Positions 1-10,692 of a stretch of 64,000 nt of DNA are shown here, one piece after another. How positions within the stretch are numbered: the stretch's first letter is position 1; the number at the start of each line of letters is the position of its first letter. The translations under genes were made by a program, and so were the position numbers. The stretch lies in the NCBI GenBank assembly GCA_045632345.1, contig JAZQWM010000018.1, positions 201,194 through 265,193 on the forward strand. Reading direction: 5' to 3'. Below the pieces are notes generated by a model. It was not told the DNA's origin. It searched no databases and saw only the letters and a list, made by a program, of their open reading frames with translations. This DNA comes from Eubacteriales bacterium (GTDB taxonomy: Bacteria; Bacillota; Clostridia; Oscillospirales; CAG-272).

Positions 1-2597
1 TTGTTAATATCAGCCTCTCTTAAACGGTAAATAAAATCCTCAAAGGATTCATATTTGCCATTTTTTTCTCTTTCACTTATGATTGAATTAATTAAGCTTC
101 TACCAACGTTTTTAAGAGCTAAAAGCCCAAATCTAATATTTCCGCTATCAACTGAAAAAGTTGTTTGGCTAAAATTAACGTCAGGTTGAAGTATTTTTAT
201 ACCTTTTTTTGAGCATTCCTCGATATATTCAGTCATTTTATCAACTGAGCCTAATACAGAGGTAATTAAGGACGCATAATACTCCTTAGGATATCTTGCC
301 TTCAAATATGCAGTTCTGTATGAAATTACTGCATATGCGGCTGCGTGAGACTTATTAAAAGCATATTTAGCGAAGCTTTCCATTTCTTCGAAAAGCTCGC
401 TTGCAATTTTTTCATCAACACCATTATTTACAGCACCCGAAATGAAAACACCTCTCTCTTTTTTCATTTCATCCTCTTTTTTCTTGGACATAGCGCGTCT
501 AACAATATCAGCCTTGCCGTATGAATATCCGGCAATTTTACTGAATATCTGCATTACCTGCTCTTGATATACAATACAGCCATATGTTGAGCGTAATATA
601 GGCTCAAGTAAAGGTGTTTTATAAATAATCTTGGATTTATCGTGCCTTCTCTTAATATAAGCAGGAATTGAGTCCATAGGGCCAGGACGGTATAATGCGA
701 TACAAGCAATAATATCATCAATCGTTTCAGGCTGAAGCTTTGTTAATACCTGTCTCATACCTGCAGATTCTAACTGAAAGACACCTTCTGTTTTACCTGA
801 TGAAATAAACTTATATGTTTTTTCATCATCCATAGGAATATCCTCTATTCGGAAATCCTTTTCTCTTAACCTAATAAGCTTTTCAGTATCAGAAATAATA
901 GTTAAATATCTTAATGCTAAAAAGTCAAACTTTAAAAGACCTAATTTAGCAACGGTATCCATATCGTATTGAGTTACAACTACACCGCCATTTGTAGATA
1001 AAGGTAAATATTCAACAATAGGCTTGTCTGTAATAACAACACCTGCCGCATGAGTTGATGCGTGTCGAGGCATTCCCTCGATTTTCATAGCAGTATCCAT
1101 CATTTTTTTGATTCTGTCGTCATTATTGTAAAGACGGCGAAGCTCATCATTACCGTCAATACATTCCTTTAATGAAGGAAATGGCTTTAACGAAATCAAT
1201 TTTGAGACTGTATCAATGTCATTATATGGAACGTCTAAAACCTTACCTACGTCTCTAACTGATGCTTTTGATGCCATTGTACCAAAGGTTACAATTTGAG
1301 ATACGTGGTCGCTACCATACTTGCTTTTTACATATTTAATAACCTCATCTCTGCGTTCATAGCAGAAATCGGTATCAATATCAGGCATACTAACACGCTC
1401 AATATTTAAAAATCTTTCAAAAAGCAAATCAAACTTTATTGAATCAACATCAGTAATTTGAAGTAAATATGCAACTAAGCTTCCTGCTCCAGAACCCCTG
1501 CCAGGACCAACAGGAATATTGTTAGATTTTGCAAAATTAATAAAATCCCAAACTATTAAAAAATAGTCATTATATCCCATCGTATCTATTACAGATAACT
1601 CATACTCAATTCGTTCTTTATATACAGATTCAGTGTGTTCATCAGTAAATACAATTTGATTTTGTTCTATACGCTTTTTAAATCCCTCATATGCGAGGTT
1701 AGATAAAAACTCCTTAGATGTAACGCCACTTGGCAAAGGATAAACAGGAAGCTTAATAACGTCAAACTCAAAATCAAAGTTACACATGTTAGCGATTTTG
1801 ACTGTATTATTGCAAGCATCCTTATATTTGCCGAATAAATTTTGCATTTCATCAGCAGTTTTCATATAAAACTCATTAGTTGCAAAAGCTTCGTTTTTAG
1901 ATTTGTCAAGCGTGGTATTCATTTGTACTGCCATAAGTACAGATTGAATATAAGAGTCCTCTTTTTCAAGATAGTGTACGTCATTAGTACAAACAAGCTG
2001 TACGTCTAATTCTTCAGCAAGCTCAATTAAGCCTTCATTTACAGTAATTTGTTCACTTATACCATGGTTTTGAAGCTCTAAATAATAATTTTCACGGCCA
2101 AATATATCAAGCATAGACTTAATATGCTCTTGAGCCCCACTGATGTCGCCAGAAAGAATCGCATTAGGAACTTGTCCAGCTATACAAGCAGAAAGGGCAA
2201 TTAAGCCTTCACTACGCTCTTTTAATAGCTCCATATCAATTCTTGGTTTAACATAAAAGCCTTCTGTAAAGCCACTTGAAACTAAATAAGATAAATTTCT
2301 ATATCCAATTTCATTTTTAACAAGTAATACAAGATGATAATAAGGAACGTTTCTTACGCGAGCTTTTTCAAATCTAGACGTAGGAGCAACGTAAACCTCA
2401 CAGCCGAGTATAGGCTTAATACCTTCAGCTTTGCAAGACTTGTAAAACTCAACCGCACCAAACATATTCCCGTGGTCGGTTAAAGCAACGGCTGATTGAC
2501 CAATGCTTTTAGCGTATTTAGGAATATCTTTAATTCTACATGCACCGTCAAGTAAGCTGTATTCACTATGTAAATGTAAATGTACAAAATCAGCCAT
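1..2597 (-). CDS. dnaE: DNA polymerase III alpha subunit DnaE, N-terminal ~865 codons (3' end beyond window start)
   Basis: Absent from the ORF track because it is open to the window edge. Hand translation of the reverse strand from ATG (2597-2595) gives MADFVHLHLHSEYSLLDGACRIKDIPKYAK..., a PHP-domain start typical of DnaE. AAAGGAG RBS upstream; frame stays open to position 1. Confidence 0.9.
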   Translation of the reverse strand, partial: MADFVHLHLHSEYSLLDGACRIKDIPKYAKSIGQSAVALTDHGNMFGAVEFYKSCKAEGIKPILGCEVYVAPTSRFEKARVRNVPYYHLVLLVKNEIGYRNLSYLVSSGFTEGFYVKPRIDMELLKERSEGLIALSACIAGQVPNAILSGDISGAQEHIKSMLDIFGRENYYLELQNHGISEQITVNEGLIELAEELDVQLVCTNDVHYLEKEDSYIQSVLMAVQMNTTLDKSKNEAFATNEFYMKTADEMQNLFGKYKDACNNTVKIANMCNFDFEFDVIKLPVYPLPSGVTSKEFLSNLAYEGFKKRIEQNQIVFTDEHTESVYKERIEYELSVIDTMGYNDYFLIVWDFINFAKSNNIPVGPGRGSGAGSLVAYLLQITDVDSIKFDLLFERFLNIERVSMPDIDTDFCYERRDEVIKYVKSKYGSDHVSQIVTFGTMASKASVRDVGKVLDVPYNDIDTVSKLISLKPFPSLKECIDGNDELRRLYNNDDRIKKMMDTAMKIEGMPRHASTHAAGVVITDKPIVEYLPLSTNGGVVVTQYDMDTVAKLGLLKFDFLALRYLTIISDTEKLIRLREKDFRIEDIPMDDEKTYKFISSGKTEGVFQLESAGMRQVLTKLQPETIDDIIACIALYRPGPMDSIPAYIKRRHDKSKIIYKTPLLEPILRSTYGCIVYQEQVMQIFSKIAGYSYGKADIVRRAMSKKKEDEMKKERGVFISGAVNNGVDEKIASELFEEMESFAKYAFNKSHAAAYAVISYRTAYLKARYPKEYYASLITSVLGSVDKMTEYIEECSKKGIKILQPDVNFSQTTFSVDSGNIRFGLLALKNVGRSLINSIISEREKNGKYESFEDFIYRLREADIN

Positions 2598-2609
2598 TAC
2601 AATTCTCCT

Positions 2610-3473
2610 TTATTTGTTTTTAACTCTATCATAAAACTCTATAATTTTTTCTAATCTGTGATGTACGCAAGATTTTGAAAGTGAAGGATTAAACTGTCTT
2701 CCAAGCTCAGCTAAATTCAAGCTTGGCATTTCTATTCTTTTTTGAGCAATTTCTTTTAAAGTTTCTGGAAGATCATCAAAGTGTCCTTTTTCTAGTAAAT
2801 TTGCAATAGCATCACAGTATTTTTGCGATGCATTTAGAGATTTATTTATGTTAGCAGAATCACAATTAGTTGCTCTGTTAACGTCGTTTCTTAATTCTTT
2901 TTCAATCTTACTGTTAATTACGTCATAGGCATAGCTATTCGCCCCAATTAATCCAAGAAAGCCTGCAATAGTTTCATTGTCTTTGGTATAAAGAACAAAT
3001 TTATCCTTACGTGTTGTTAACTTAAAATTCAGACCAAGGTAACTATTTAAAATTTCTAGTAGCTTTTTTGCAAATATTTCGCTATTGATTGATAGGTCTA
3101 AGCGATACATTTTTTCAGGATCGGATACTGAACCATAAGATAGAAATATACCCTTAAAAAAATTACTAGTACAGCTTTTACATTTGAATATTTTATCAAA
3201 TTCGACAATTGTAGAATATTTAACAACATCAGCAGCCACCGATACTCTTCGCGTTTCAACTGAATATTCAATTTTCTTTTTTTGACAAATAAATTCACAT
3301 ATGTTCTTGAAATACTCAATATTTTCTACATTTGTAGAAAATGTAATTTTATCTAGATTCTCTCTTTTTCCACAAAGCATCATACCATATAAAGCAGCAA
3401 AACCACAGCATAACTTCTGTTTATCGGATATACTTGATACTTCCTCTTTTACTAAGCTTGAAAATGACTTCAT
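2610..3473 (-). CDS. whiA: DNA-binding protein WhiA
   Basis: 287 aa. N-terminus MKSFSSLVKEEV with the degenerate LAGLIDADG-like body. C-terminal HTH LNLAELGRQFNPSLSKSCVHHRLEKI is typical of WhiA. Confidence 0.85.
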   Translation of the reverse strand: MKSFSSLVKEEVSSISDKQKLCCGFAALYGMMLCGKRENLDKITFSTNVENIEYFKNICEFICQKKKIEYSVETRRVSVAADVVKYSTIVEFDKIFKCKSCTSNFFKGIFLSYGSVSDPEKMYRLDLSINSEIFAKKLLEILNSYLGLNFKLTTRKDKFVLYTKDNETIAGFLGLIGANSYAYDVINSKIEKELRNDVNRATNCDSANINKSLNASQKYCDAIANLLEKGHFDDLPETLKEIAQKRIEMPSLNLAELGRQFNPSLSKSCVHHRLEKIIEFYDRVKNK

Positions 3474-3476
3474 TTC

Positions 3477-4373
3477 CTACTCCACATAAATTATTTCTTC
3501 TTCTAAATCTACATTGTACTTGTCTTTAATCGTTTCTTTTATCATATTTATCAAAGATATTACATCCTCTGATGTAGCACTACCATTATTAACAATAAAG
3601 CCAGCATGCTTAGTTGAAACTTGTGCATCTCCTACACAAAATCCCTTTAGCCCTGCTCTATCTATAAGCTCAGATGCATATTCATTTTGAGGCCTTTTAA
3701 AGGTGCTCCCAGCATTAGGTAAATCAAGTGGCTGAGAACTACATCTTTTTGATAAATACGCGTCCATTTTTTCTTTAATGAATTTTTTATCTAAAAATGA
3801 TAAATCAAACGTTGCACTTAAAACCAAATATTTTCCGTTCATAAAAAGAGATTTTTTTGCATCAAAATTTAATTCATCATTATTCAACGTAGCAATACTT
3901 TGTTTTTCTATGTCATATACGTTACATTTACTGACAACTTGAGATATCATACCATCAAATGCGCTTGCATTCATATATACTCCGCCGCCAACACTACCTG
4001 GAATGCCATATAAAAACTCTATTCCTGTTAAAGCGCTATCATATGCATATACGGCACACCTTGTTAATGATGCACCGCATTCTGCTATTATTTCATTGTT
4101 GTTAACGGCAATTTTATTTAAGTATTTTGTAGAAATTATTACTCCATCATATTTGCTTGAAAAATAACAGTTAGTTCCGCAACCTAATACAAAATACTTC
4201 ATTTTTTGATTAATGTAGGCAATTAGATTACACAATTTTTGCATAGTGTCCGGAAAAGCGATAGCTACGCCAGCCCCGCCAACCTTAAATGACACGTATT
4301 CAGCCGTATTTACGTTCAATTTATACTCTATACTGTTGTTTATCAAATATGAAACTAAATCCTTAAAAACCAT
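3477..4373 (-). CDS. murB: UDP-N-acetylenolpyruvoylglucosamine reductase
   Basis: FAD-binding FKVGG, GCGTN and PNAGSTFKRP motifs. AAGGAG sits 6 nt before the second ATG (4373), so the track start at 4379 lies inside the RBS. Confidence 0.9.
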   Translation of the reverse strand: MVFKDLVSYLINNSIEYKLNVNTAEYVSFKVGGAGVAIAFPDTMQKLCNLIAYINQKMKYFVLGCGTNCYFSSKYDGVIISTKYLNKIAVNNNEIIAECGASLTRCAVYAYDSALTGIEFLYGIPGSVGGGVYMNASAFDGMISQVVSKCNVYDIEKQSIATLNNDELNFDAKKSLFMNGKYLVLSATFDLSFLDKKFIKEKMDAYLSKRCSSQPLDLPNAGSTFKRPQNEYASELIDRAGLKGFCVGDAQVSTKHAGFIVNNGSATSEDVISLINMIKETIKDKYNVDLEEEIIYVE

Positions 4374-4418
4374 ACCCATCTCCTTTTATAATGCTATATA
4401 CATTATATGCGGAGATTT

Positions 4419-6131
4419 TTATTTATCTTCAATTAAAGCCTTTGATTCCTCAATTAACTCTTTCGCTGCTGCATATTGATTATCTGTAAGATTTATACCG
4501 CCGATAATTCTTGCTAGCTCATCAATTCTTTCATCTTCGTTTAAGAGACTAACGTTTGTTTCCGCTCTATCACTAATTTCGCTCTTTTTTATGAAATAGT
4601 GATTATTTGCAAACGCAGCAATTTGAGCAGAGTGAGTTACGCATATAACTTGAACGTTTTTTGCTATACTTGCAAGCTTTATTCCTATTTTTTGTGAGGT
4701 GCTTCCTGAAACGCCTGTATCAATTTCATCAAAAATAACTGTTTGAGCTCCGTTTTTATCAGATAAAGCACTCTTTAATGAAAGCATTATTCTTGCTAAT
4801 TCTCCGCCTGAAGCTATTTTATTCATAGGAGATAGCTCTTCGCCTATATTAGTAGCAATTAAAAATTCTGCATCATCGTATCCGTATTGCGATAATGTGT
4901 ATTTTTCATTATTTTTGATTTCTTCTACTTTAATTTCAAACTGTACCTTAGGCATATCAAGAAAAACTAATATATTCTTAACTATTTCACCAAGCTTTTT
5001 AGAGCTGTTTAAACGCTCTTTGTGTAATTGCTTAGCAATATCACAGCAATTAGCATAAATACGGCGATATTCTTCCTTTAAATCCTCTATACGCTCTTCG
5101 CTGCCTTCAAAACGCTTAAGCTTTTCATACGCGTTATTTCTAAAATCAATAATATCTTGAATTGTAGGTCCATATTTTTTTTCAAGCTTGTTAATTAATG
5201 CTAGTCTATCTTCAACAATTTCAAGCTGCTTTTGAGTATTAGATATACCGTCAAAGCTTCCCATATCTAACGCTCTTTCGGCAATTTCCTCAAGATCAAA
5301 ACATATGTTTTTAAGCTTTTCAGCCATTTCTTCAGCATCTGGCTCTATATCGCTTAATCTTTCTAGTGCGTCAATGGCTTTTTCGATAAGCAATTTAGCA
5401 TGTACTCCGCTTTCGCTTTTTAACAAAGCTCTATACACAATAGATGTTTGCTTAACTAAATGCTCTGCGCCTTTAAGCTTTTTTCTTAATTCAATTAATT
5501 TCTCTTCTTCATCGGTTGATTTTAATTTAGCACTATCAATTTCTTTGATTTGATAATTTAAAATATCAACCATCATATTTTTTTCTTTACTCTCTTCATA
5601 CAATGCAGATATTTCACTTTTAATTGAGCAAAGCTTGTCGTATTCAATTTTATATTCAATTAATTTGCTTTCTAAGTCTGCGTAATCATCTAAAATTTGA
5701 ATATGGCTACTTTTATTTAAAAAGCTTTGGTTTTCATTTTGTCCATGAATATTTATTAGTCTTGATCCTACTGCCTTTAATTGAGCCATTGTAGATGGTC
5801 TAGAGTTGATTTTAATCGTATTTTTGCCATCTAAAGTAATAGATCTTGAAATTGAAAACATATCGTCCTTGTCGTAAGTTATGCCCAGTTCATCACAAAG
5901 CTCATATATGTCATTTGAAACGTTTGCAAATAAAGCAGAAACTACGGCACGATTTTCACCGTGTCGTATAATTTCCTTTGATATTTTTGCTCCTTGAAGC
6001 ATATTAATTGAATCTATTACAATAGATTTTCCCGCGCCTGTTTCACCGGTTAAAACGTTAAATCCATCACGGAAATTAATTTCTACATTTTTAGCAACAG
6101 CTATATTTTCAATATGCAAAAATTCAAGCAT
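4419..6131 (-). CDS. recN: DNA repair protein RecN
   Basis: MLEFLHIENIAV start, Walker A GETGAGKS, long coiled coil, C-terminal SGGE and FDEID motifs. GAGGA RBS 5 nt before ATG 6131; the track TTG at 6143 falls within the RBS. Confidence 0.92.
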   Translation of the reverse strand: MLEFLHIENIAVAKNVEINFRDGFNVLTGETGAGKSIVIDSINMLQGAKISKEIIRHGENRAVVSALFANVSNDIYELCDELGITYDKDDMFSISRSITLDGKNTIKINSRPSTMAQLKAVGSRLINIHGQNENQSFLNKSSHIQILDDYADLESKLIEYKIEYDKLCSIKSEISALYEESKEKNMMVDILNYQIKEIDSAKLKSTDEEEKLIELRKKLKGAEHLVKQTSIVYRALLKSESGVHAKLLIEKAIDALERLSDIEPDAEEMAEKLKNICFDLEEIAERALDMGSFDGISNTQKQLEIVEDRLALINKLEKKYGPTIQDIIDFRNNAYEKLKRFEGSEERIEDLKEEYRRIYANCCDIAKQLHKERLNSSKKLGEIVKNILVFLDMPKVQFEIKVEEIKNNEKYTLSQYGYDDAEFLIATNIGEELSPMNKIASGGELARIMLSLKSALSDKNGAQTVIFDEIDTGVSGSTSQKIGIKLASIAKNVQVICVTHSAQIAAFANNHYFIKKSEISDRAETNVSLLNEDERIDELARIIGGINLTDNQYAAAKELIEESKALIEDK

Positions 6132-6146
6132 ATTAGTCCTCAATTC

Positions 6147-6593
6147 TTAATTTTCAGCAATTTTACTGATTTTTTCTGTAATTCTAATGCTAGCTTCCTC
6201 TGATTTTGAAACAAGTATAATAGCGTCATCTCCTGCAACACATCCTAAAACGTCGCTATCGTTGAGTGAATCAATTCCCGCAGCTACAGCTTGAGCGAGT
6301 CCAGGAGTTGTTTTAATAACAACGTTATTCAAAGCATAAGCAATGTCAATGATAGATGTAAACAAAGCATGATTATACTTTGAAGTGTTTTCAAGCTCAG
6401 ATTTTGGAGCTACGTACTTATAAACACCGCCAGACGTTAGCTTAAGTAGCTTTAACTGTCTTATATCTCTTGATACTGTTGCCTGAGTAGCATTGTAGCC
6501 CTCATTTTTTAATGCAATGATTAAATCTTCTTGAGTTTCAATATCATTATTAGCAATAATTTCTAAAATTTTTTGTTGTCTGCTCGTTTTCAT
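6147..6593 (-). CDS. argR: arginine repressor ArgR/AhrC
   Basis: 148 aa. Winged-helix N-terminus (QEDLIIALKNEGYNATQATVSRDIRQLKL) and C-terminal GCVAGDDAIILV oligomerisation motif. Confidence 0.88.
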   Translation of the reverse strand: MKTSRQQKILEIIANNDIETQEDLIIALKNEGYNATQATVSRDIRQLKLLKLTSGGVYKYVAPKSELENTSKYNHALFTSIIDIAYALNNVVIKTTPGLAQAVAAGIDSLNDSDVLGCVAGDDAIILVSKSEEASIRITEKISKIAEN

Positions 6594-6602
6594 TTTACAC
6601 CT

Positions 6603-7382
6603 CTATTTGTATAACTCTTTAATTTTTGCAAATGGGATTTCAAATTTATCTTTATTTTTAATTTTTGTAAATGCTGCAACGTACTCAATATTACCATCAC
6701 CACCAGAAATAGGAGATTTGATAAAAGCAAAGCATTTTAAACCGTTATCCATGGCGTTTTCAATTATCTTTTTAATAGCTTCAAGCCTATATTTTGGCTC
6801 TTTAACTATTCCGCCTTTTCCTATCTTTCCTTTGCCAACCTCAAATTGCGGTTTAATTAAGCCTATATATACGCCATCTTCTTTAATCAAATCCTTAGCC
6901 ACGTCAATTATGTAAGATTGTGAAATAAAGGATACGTCGCACACTATTATATCTACTAAATTTCCAATTATATCAACAGTTAAGTCTCTTGCATTAAAGC
7001 ATTCCATAGATATTACTCTATCATCCTCTAAAAGACTTTCATCCAATTGATTTGTGCCAGAATCAACCGCATAAACACGTGATATACCGTTTAGAATTAA
7101 ACAATGAGTAAATCCACCTGTTGATGCACCAATATCAATAGCAACTTTTCCTTGAAGGTCAAGTTGAATTTCATTTATCATTTTTTCGAGCTTCAGTCCA
7201 CCGCGTGATACGTACGGACACGTATCATTTATTTCGATTGAATGATTTTCATCATTAATATCATATGAAGGTTTTTTTATTGCAATAGAATCGACTAAAA
7301 CATTGCCTTCTTCAATCAACGTTTTTGCTTTTTGTCTGCTTTTAACAAAACCGTTTGAGAATAAATAAACGTCAAGTCTCAT
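6603..7382 (-). CDS. tlyA: TlyA-family rRNA 2'-O-methyltransferase (S4 domain + FtsJ fold)
   Basis: MRLDVYLFSNGFVKSRQKAKTLIEEGNV (S4 domain) followed by the SAM motif DIGASTGGFT. Confidence 0.85.
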   Translation of the reverse strand: MRLDVYLFSNGFVKSRQKAKTLIEEGNVLVDSIAIKKPSYDINDENHSIEINDTCPYVSRGGLKLEKMINEIQLDLQGKVAIDIGASTGGFTHCLILNGISRVYAVDSGTNQLDESLLEDDRVISMECFNARDLTVDIIGNLVDIIVCDVSFISQSYIIDVAKDLIKEDGVYIGLIKPQFEVGKGKIGKGGIVKEPKYRLEAIKKIIENAMDNGLKCFAFIKSPISGGDGNIEYVAAFTKIKNKDKFEIPFAKIKELYK

Positions 7383-8278
7383 TATTTATCTCTTTCCACC
7401 ATATATATGGCTAAATCCTTTAAAATTTGACCGTTAGAGCCAAGACAGTTATCAATAGCGATAAGAGCTTCTTCTGTTAAATCATTAACGTGCTTTTGTG
7501 CTTCTTCAAGAGTAAAAAATGTAAGCGCAGTTGATTTTCCGTTTTTGTCATCTGAACCGATTTTTTTACCTAAAACCTCAGAAGTTGATATAACGTCTAA
7601 AATATCATCTCTAAATTGGAAAGCAATGCCAACGTTTGTAGCAAACTTTTCAAGATTTTTCACGATTTTATCATCAGGATTGTCGGTTGAAGCGTAGTAT
7701 CCAAGTAACATAGCACATCTAATTAAAGCGCCAGTCTTTAAAGAATGCATTTCCTTTAACTCATCTAGTGTTTTGATATTATTGCCGCTGTCTAAGTCAA
7801 TCATTTGACCTCCAGCCATACCGAAGCCACCAGCACATGACGCAAGAGCTTTCGTTGCTAAAACAATACTTTTATCGCTTACGTGAGTATTTGAAGCTAA
7901 AACCTCAAATGCATAAGTTAAAAGCGTATCTCCTGCTAATAACGCTTGTGCTTCCCCATAAACCTTGTGGCTGGTAAGCTTACCACGTCTATAATCATCA
8001 TTATCCATACATGGCAAATCATCATGAATTAGTGAATATGTATGAATCATTTCAAGTGCGCAAGCAAACGGAAGTGCTTTTTCAATATTATTACTTTTGG
8101 AAAATGCTTTAAATGTTTCTAAAACCATGAAGGGTCTAATTCTTTTTCCACCCATTAATAAGCTATAAGCCATCATATCGTGTAAACCATGCTTATCATC
8201 TTTTAAAATATGGCTTTTTAACGCATTTTCTACAATTGTAGAATTTGATACAAGTAACTCTTTTAAATCAGTTGTCAT
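7382..8278 (-). CDS. ispA: farnesyl/geranyl diphosphate synthase
   Basis: Two Asp-rich motifs, LIHDDLPCMDNDDYRRG and FQFRDDILD. Lies next to xseB as in the Bacillus xseA-xseB-ispA arrangement. Confidence 0.88.
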   Translation of the reverse strand: MTTDLKELLVSNSTIVENALKSHILKDDKHGLHDMMAYSLLMGGKRIRPFMVLETFKAFSKSNNIEKALPFACALEMIHTYSLIHDDLPCMDNDDYRRGKLTSHKVYGEAQALLAGDTLLTYAFEVLASNTHVSDKSIVLATKALASCAGGFGMAGGQMIDLDSGNNIKTLDELKEMHSLKTGALIRCAMLLGYYASTDNPDDKIVKNLEKFATNVGIAFQFRDDILDVISTSEVLGKKIGSDDKNGKSTALTFFTLEEAQKHVNDLTEEALIAIDNCLGSNGQILKDLAIYMVERDK

Positions 8279-8501
8279 CTGTGAAAAAATCCTCTTCTAT
8301 CATTTCTCCATCAATATTTGTTAGTTTCTTAATAGAACCTTCAACAGTCTCAAGCTTGCTATTACATAGCTTCACAAGCTTTACTCCCTCTTCAAACAAC
8401 TTTAAAGAATCCTCTAATTGACAGCTTCCACTTTCTAAAGTATCAACTATTTCCTCAAGCCTTTCCATGGCTTTTTCAAAACTAATATCCTTTTTGGGCA
8501 T
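8268..8501 (-). CDS. xseB: exodeoxyribonuclease VII small subunit
   Basis: 77 aa; SFEKAMERLEEIVDTLESG is the XseB signature. Start/stop codons overlap by 1 nt with xseA. Confidence 0.85.
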   Translation of the reverse strand: MPKKDISFEKAMERLEEIVDTLESGSCQLEDSLKLFEEGVKLVKLCNSKLETVEGSIKKLTNIDGEMIEEDFFTDDN

Positions 8502-9739
8502 TATTTATTATCCTCCGTTACCGTTGCATCAATATTACCATCAAATAGCTTGACTTTAATTCTATCGCCAACAGTTAAATCCTTTGAAGATTTAACAATT
8601 TCATTATTATTTCCATAAACAACACTATAACCCCTTGCTAGAACAGCCATTGGATTCAATGCAATTAATTTAGCATTAATTTTAGCGAATTCTTCTCTAT
8701 TCATCATGTTAATTTCATTCATGTTGTATTTTAAACGCTCAACTATTGATGAAAATTGCATTTTAGGCACATCTAATAATGATTCGGGAGCTTTAAATAT
8801 TCTTTTATTTTTAATATTTTCAAGCTTATCCTTATAGTAATAAACATAATTTAAAATAGACTTCATTGCTCTATATTCAAAGGTTTTCAAGGAATTCAAA
8901 ACTTCCTTAATGTCAGTTGTGGCTATTTCTGCTGCCGCAGACGGCGTTGCAGCTCTAATATCAGCAACAAAATCGCAAACAGTAAAATCTATTTCATGTC
9001 CGACACCGCTAATTATTGGTATTTGAGAATTGTAAATTGCTCTTGCAAGATTTTCATCATTAAAGCACCATAAATCCTCAATAGAGCCACCGCCTCTGCC
9101 TATAATGACAACATCTACATTGTTTTCTATATTAAAGTATTCTACTGCTCTTGTAAGCTCATTTGGCGCGTCAGGGCCTTGAACTAACGTGGGATACAAT
9201 AAAATTTGAACGTTAGGCATACGACGCGTTGTTACGTTAATAATATCTCTAATTGCAGCTCCGGTAGGAGATGTAATTACTCCGATTCTTTTTGGATATT
9301 TTGGAATTTGCTTTTTATGGTCTTCATCAAAAAGTCCTTCTTTACTTAGCTTTTCCTTTAATTGTTCATAAGCAAGATAAAGAGAACCAATTCCATCCGG
9401 CTGCATACTATCTACGTATAATTGATAGCTTCCGCCTTGCGGATAAACGCTAATTCTAGCATGAACTATCAATTTCATGCCGTTTTCAGGTTTAAAATTT
9501 AATTTTCTAGCATAAGAAGCAAACATTACTGCTCTAATTTCGCATTTTTCATCCTTTAATGAAAAATAGCAATGTCCTGTTGAATGCTTCTTGAAATTAG
9601 ACAGCTCTCCAATAACGTATATATCCTGTAATTGAGCCTCTCCGTCAATTAACCACTTAATATATTCATTTATTTCAGTTACAGTTTTATTCTTTGGTGG
9701 TAATTGATTACCGTTATCATCAAAGCTGTAATTTGCCAT
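8501..9739 (-). CDS. xseA: exodeoxyribonuclease VII large subunit
   Basis: 412 aa; N-terminal OB fold (VIGELSNFKKHSTGHCYFSLKD) and central catalytic region (GRGGGSIEDLW). Confidence 0.9.
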   Translation of the reverse strand: MANYSFDDNGNQLPPKNKTVTEINEYIKWLIDGEAQLQDIYVIGELSNFKKHSTGHCYFSLKDEKCEIRAVMFASYARKLNFKPENGMKLIVHARISVYPQGGSYQLYVDSMQPDGIGSLYLAYEQLKEKLSKEGLFDEDHKKQIPKYPKRIGVITSPTGAAIRDIINVTTRRMPNVQILLYPTLVQGPDAPNELTRAVEYFNIENNVDVVIIGRGGGSIEDLWCFNDENLARAIYNSQIPIISGVGHEIDFTVCDFVADIRAATPSAAAEIATTDIKEVLNSLKTFEYRAMKSILNYVYYYKDKLENIKNKRIFKAPESLLDVPKMQFSSIVERLKYNMNEINMMNREEFAKINAKLIALNPMAVLARGYSVVYGNNNEIVKSSKDLTVGDRIKVKLFDGNIDATVTEDNK

Positions 9740-9741
9740 TG

Positions 9742-10692
9742 TTATTCCTCTTTATTAGTATATTTAGTTCGTGTAAGTAAAGCAATTCCCGATGCGTTAT
9801 CTGAGCTATACTCCGGCGTAGCAAAATAAACGTTTGAAAATCTGGATTTAATATTTTCTTTAATAATTGAATTACTCATTACTCCGCCTGCATAAATAAT
9901 TTGTTCATTTGGGTATTTTTTTCTTAAATTTACCGTTAATTTACTAATTGTTTTATTTATAAAATCAATCGTTAACGCGCTGACAAGCTCTTTATTTTGA
10001 GTTTTATCAAATAGTTTTCCTGCTATATTTTCAAGTCCTGACAAATTACAGGTAAAATCATTCACTGATATGTTGTATTGTGGTAATGATTCCAAATTAT
10101 CTTTAGCAAGAGCCTCAATTTTTGGACCACAAGGGAATTTCAAGCCCATTTTAACGCCAATTCTGTCTATTGCCTGTCCAGCGTGCAAATCATTACTTCC
10201 GCCTAATAAATCAATTATATAGCTGTTATTTTCGACTGTAACGTGTAATATTTCCGTAGTCCCACCAGATACGTGAAAAGCTATAAAGTTTTCGTTCGTA
10301 ATTGCACCAGATGAATATACAGAAGCTCTTATATGTCCTGCTTGATGAGAAAACTTATAATTATCAACCTTATAAAGTGAAGCTAAAATATCACTTAAAG
10401 CTTCACCAACTAAAAAGCATGGCATATATGAGCCCTCTACATCTCTAGGATAAGCAGAATGTCCTATCGCAAGAATCTCATATCTATCACTGTCTTCCTT
10501 TATTTTTTTTGCAATTAAAGGAAGGTTTTTGATATGAGCAAAAACTGCATCACTTTGACGCAGTCCTCTCTCTCCTTCCTTAACAGGAAGAAGTATTTTA
10601 TAGTTTTTTAAAATATTACCATCTAAATCGCAAATAGCAAACGAAGTGGTATAGTTGCTAGTATCAATACCGATAAAGGCTTTTTTAAGCAT
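9742..10692 (-). CDS. TsaD/Kae1-like (peptidase M22 / ASKHA fold) paralog, function unknown
   Basis: GIDTSNYTTS phosphate-1 motif, SHQAGH metal-type motif, HVSGGTTE, GQAIDRIG. Shorter than, and divergent from, canonical TsaD. Confidence 0.6.
   Translation of the reverse strand: MLKKAFIGIDTSNYTTSFAICDLDGNILKNYKILLPVKEGERGLRQSDAVFAHIKNLPLIAKKIKEDSDRYEILAIGHSAYPRDVEGSYMPCFLVGEALSDILASLYKVDNYKFSHQAGHIRASVYSSGAITNENFIAFHVSGGTTEILHVTVENNSYIIDLLGGSNDLHAGQAIDRIGVKMGLKFPCGPKIEALAKDNLESLPQYNISVNDFTCNLSGLENIAGKLFDKTQNKELVSALTIDFINKTISKLTVNLRKKYPNEQIIYAGGVMSNSIIKENIKSRFSNVYFATPEYSSDNASGIALLTRTKYTNKEE

Noticed and set aside
3477-3479. Genome-wide TAG reassignment (for example pyrrolysine) as an explanation for the 52557 TAG
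   Set aside because: murB ends on TAG, with 3 nt separating the stop from the whiA start, at the expected protein length. TAG therefore functions as a normal stop in this window.
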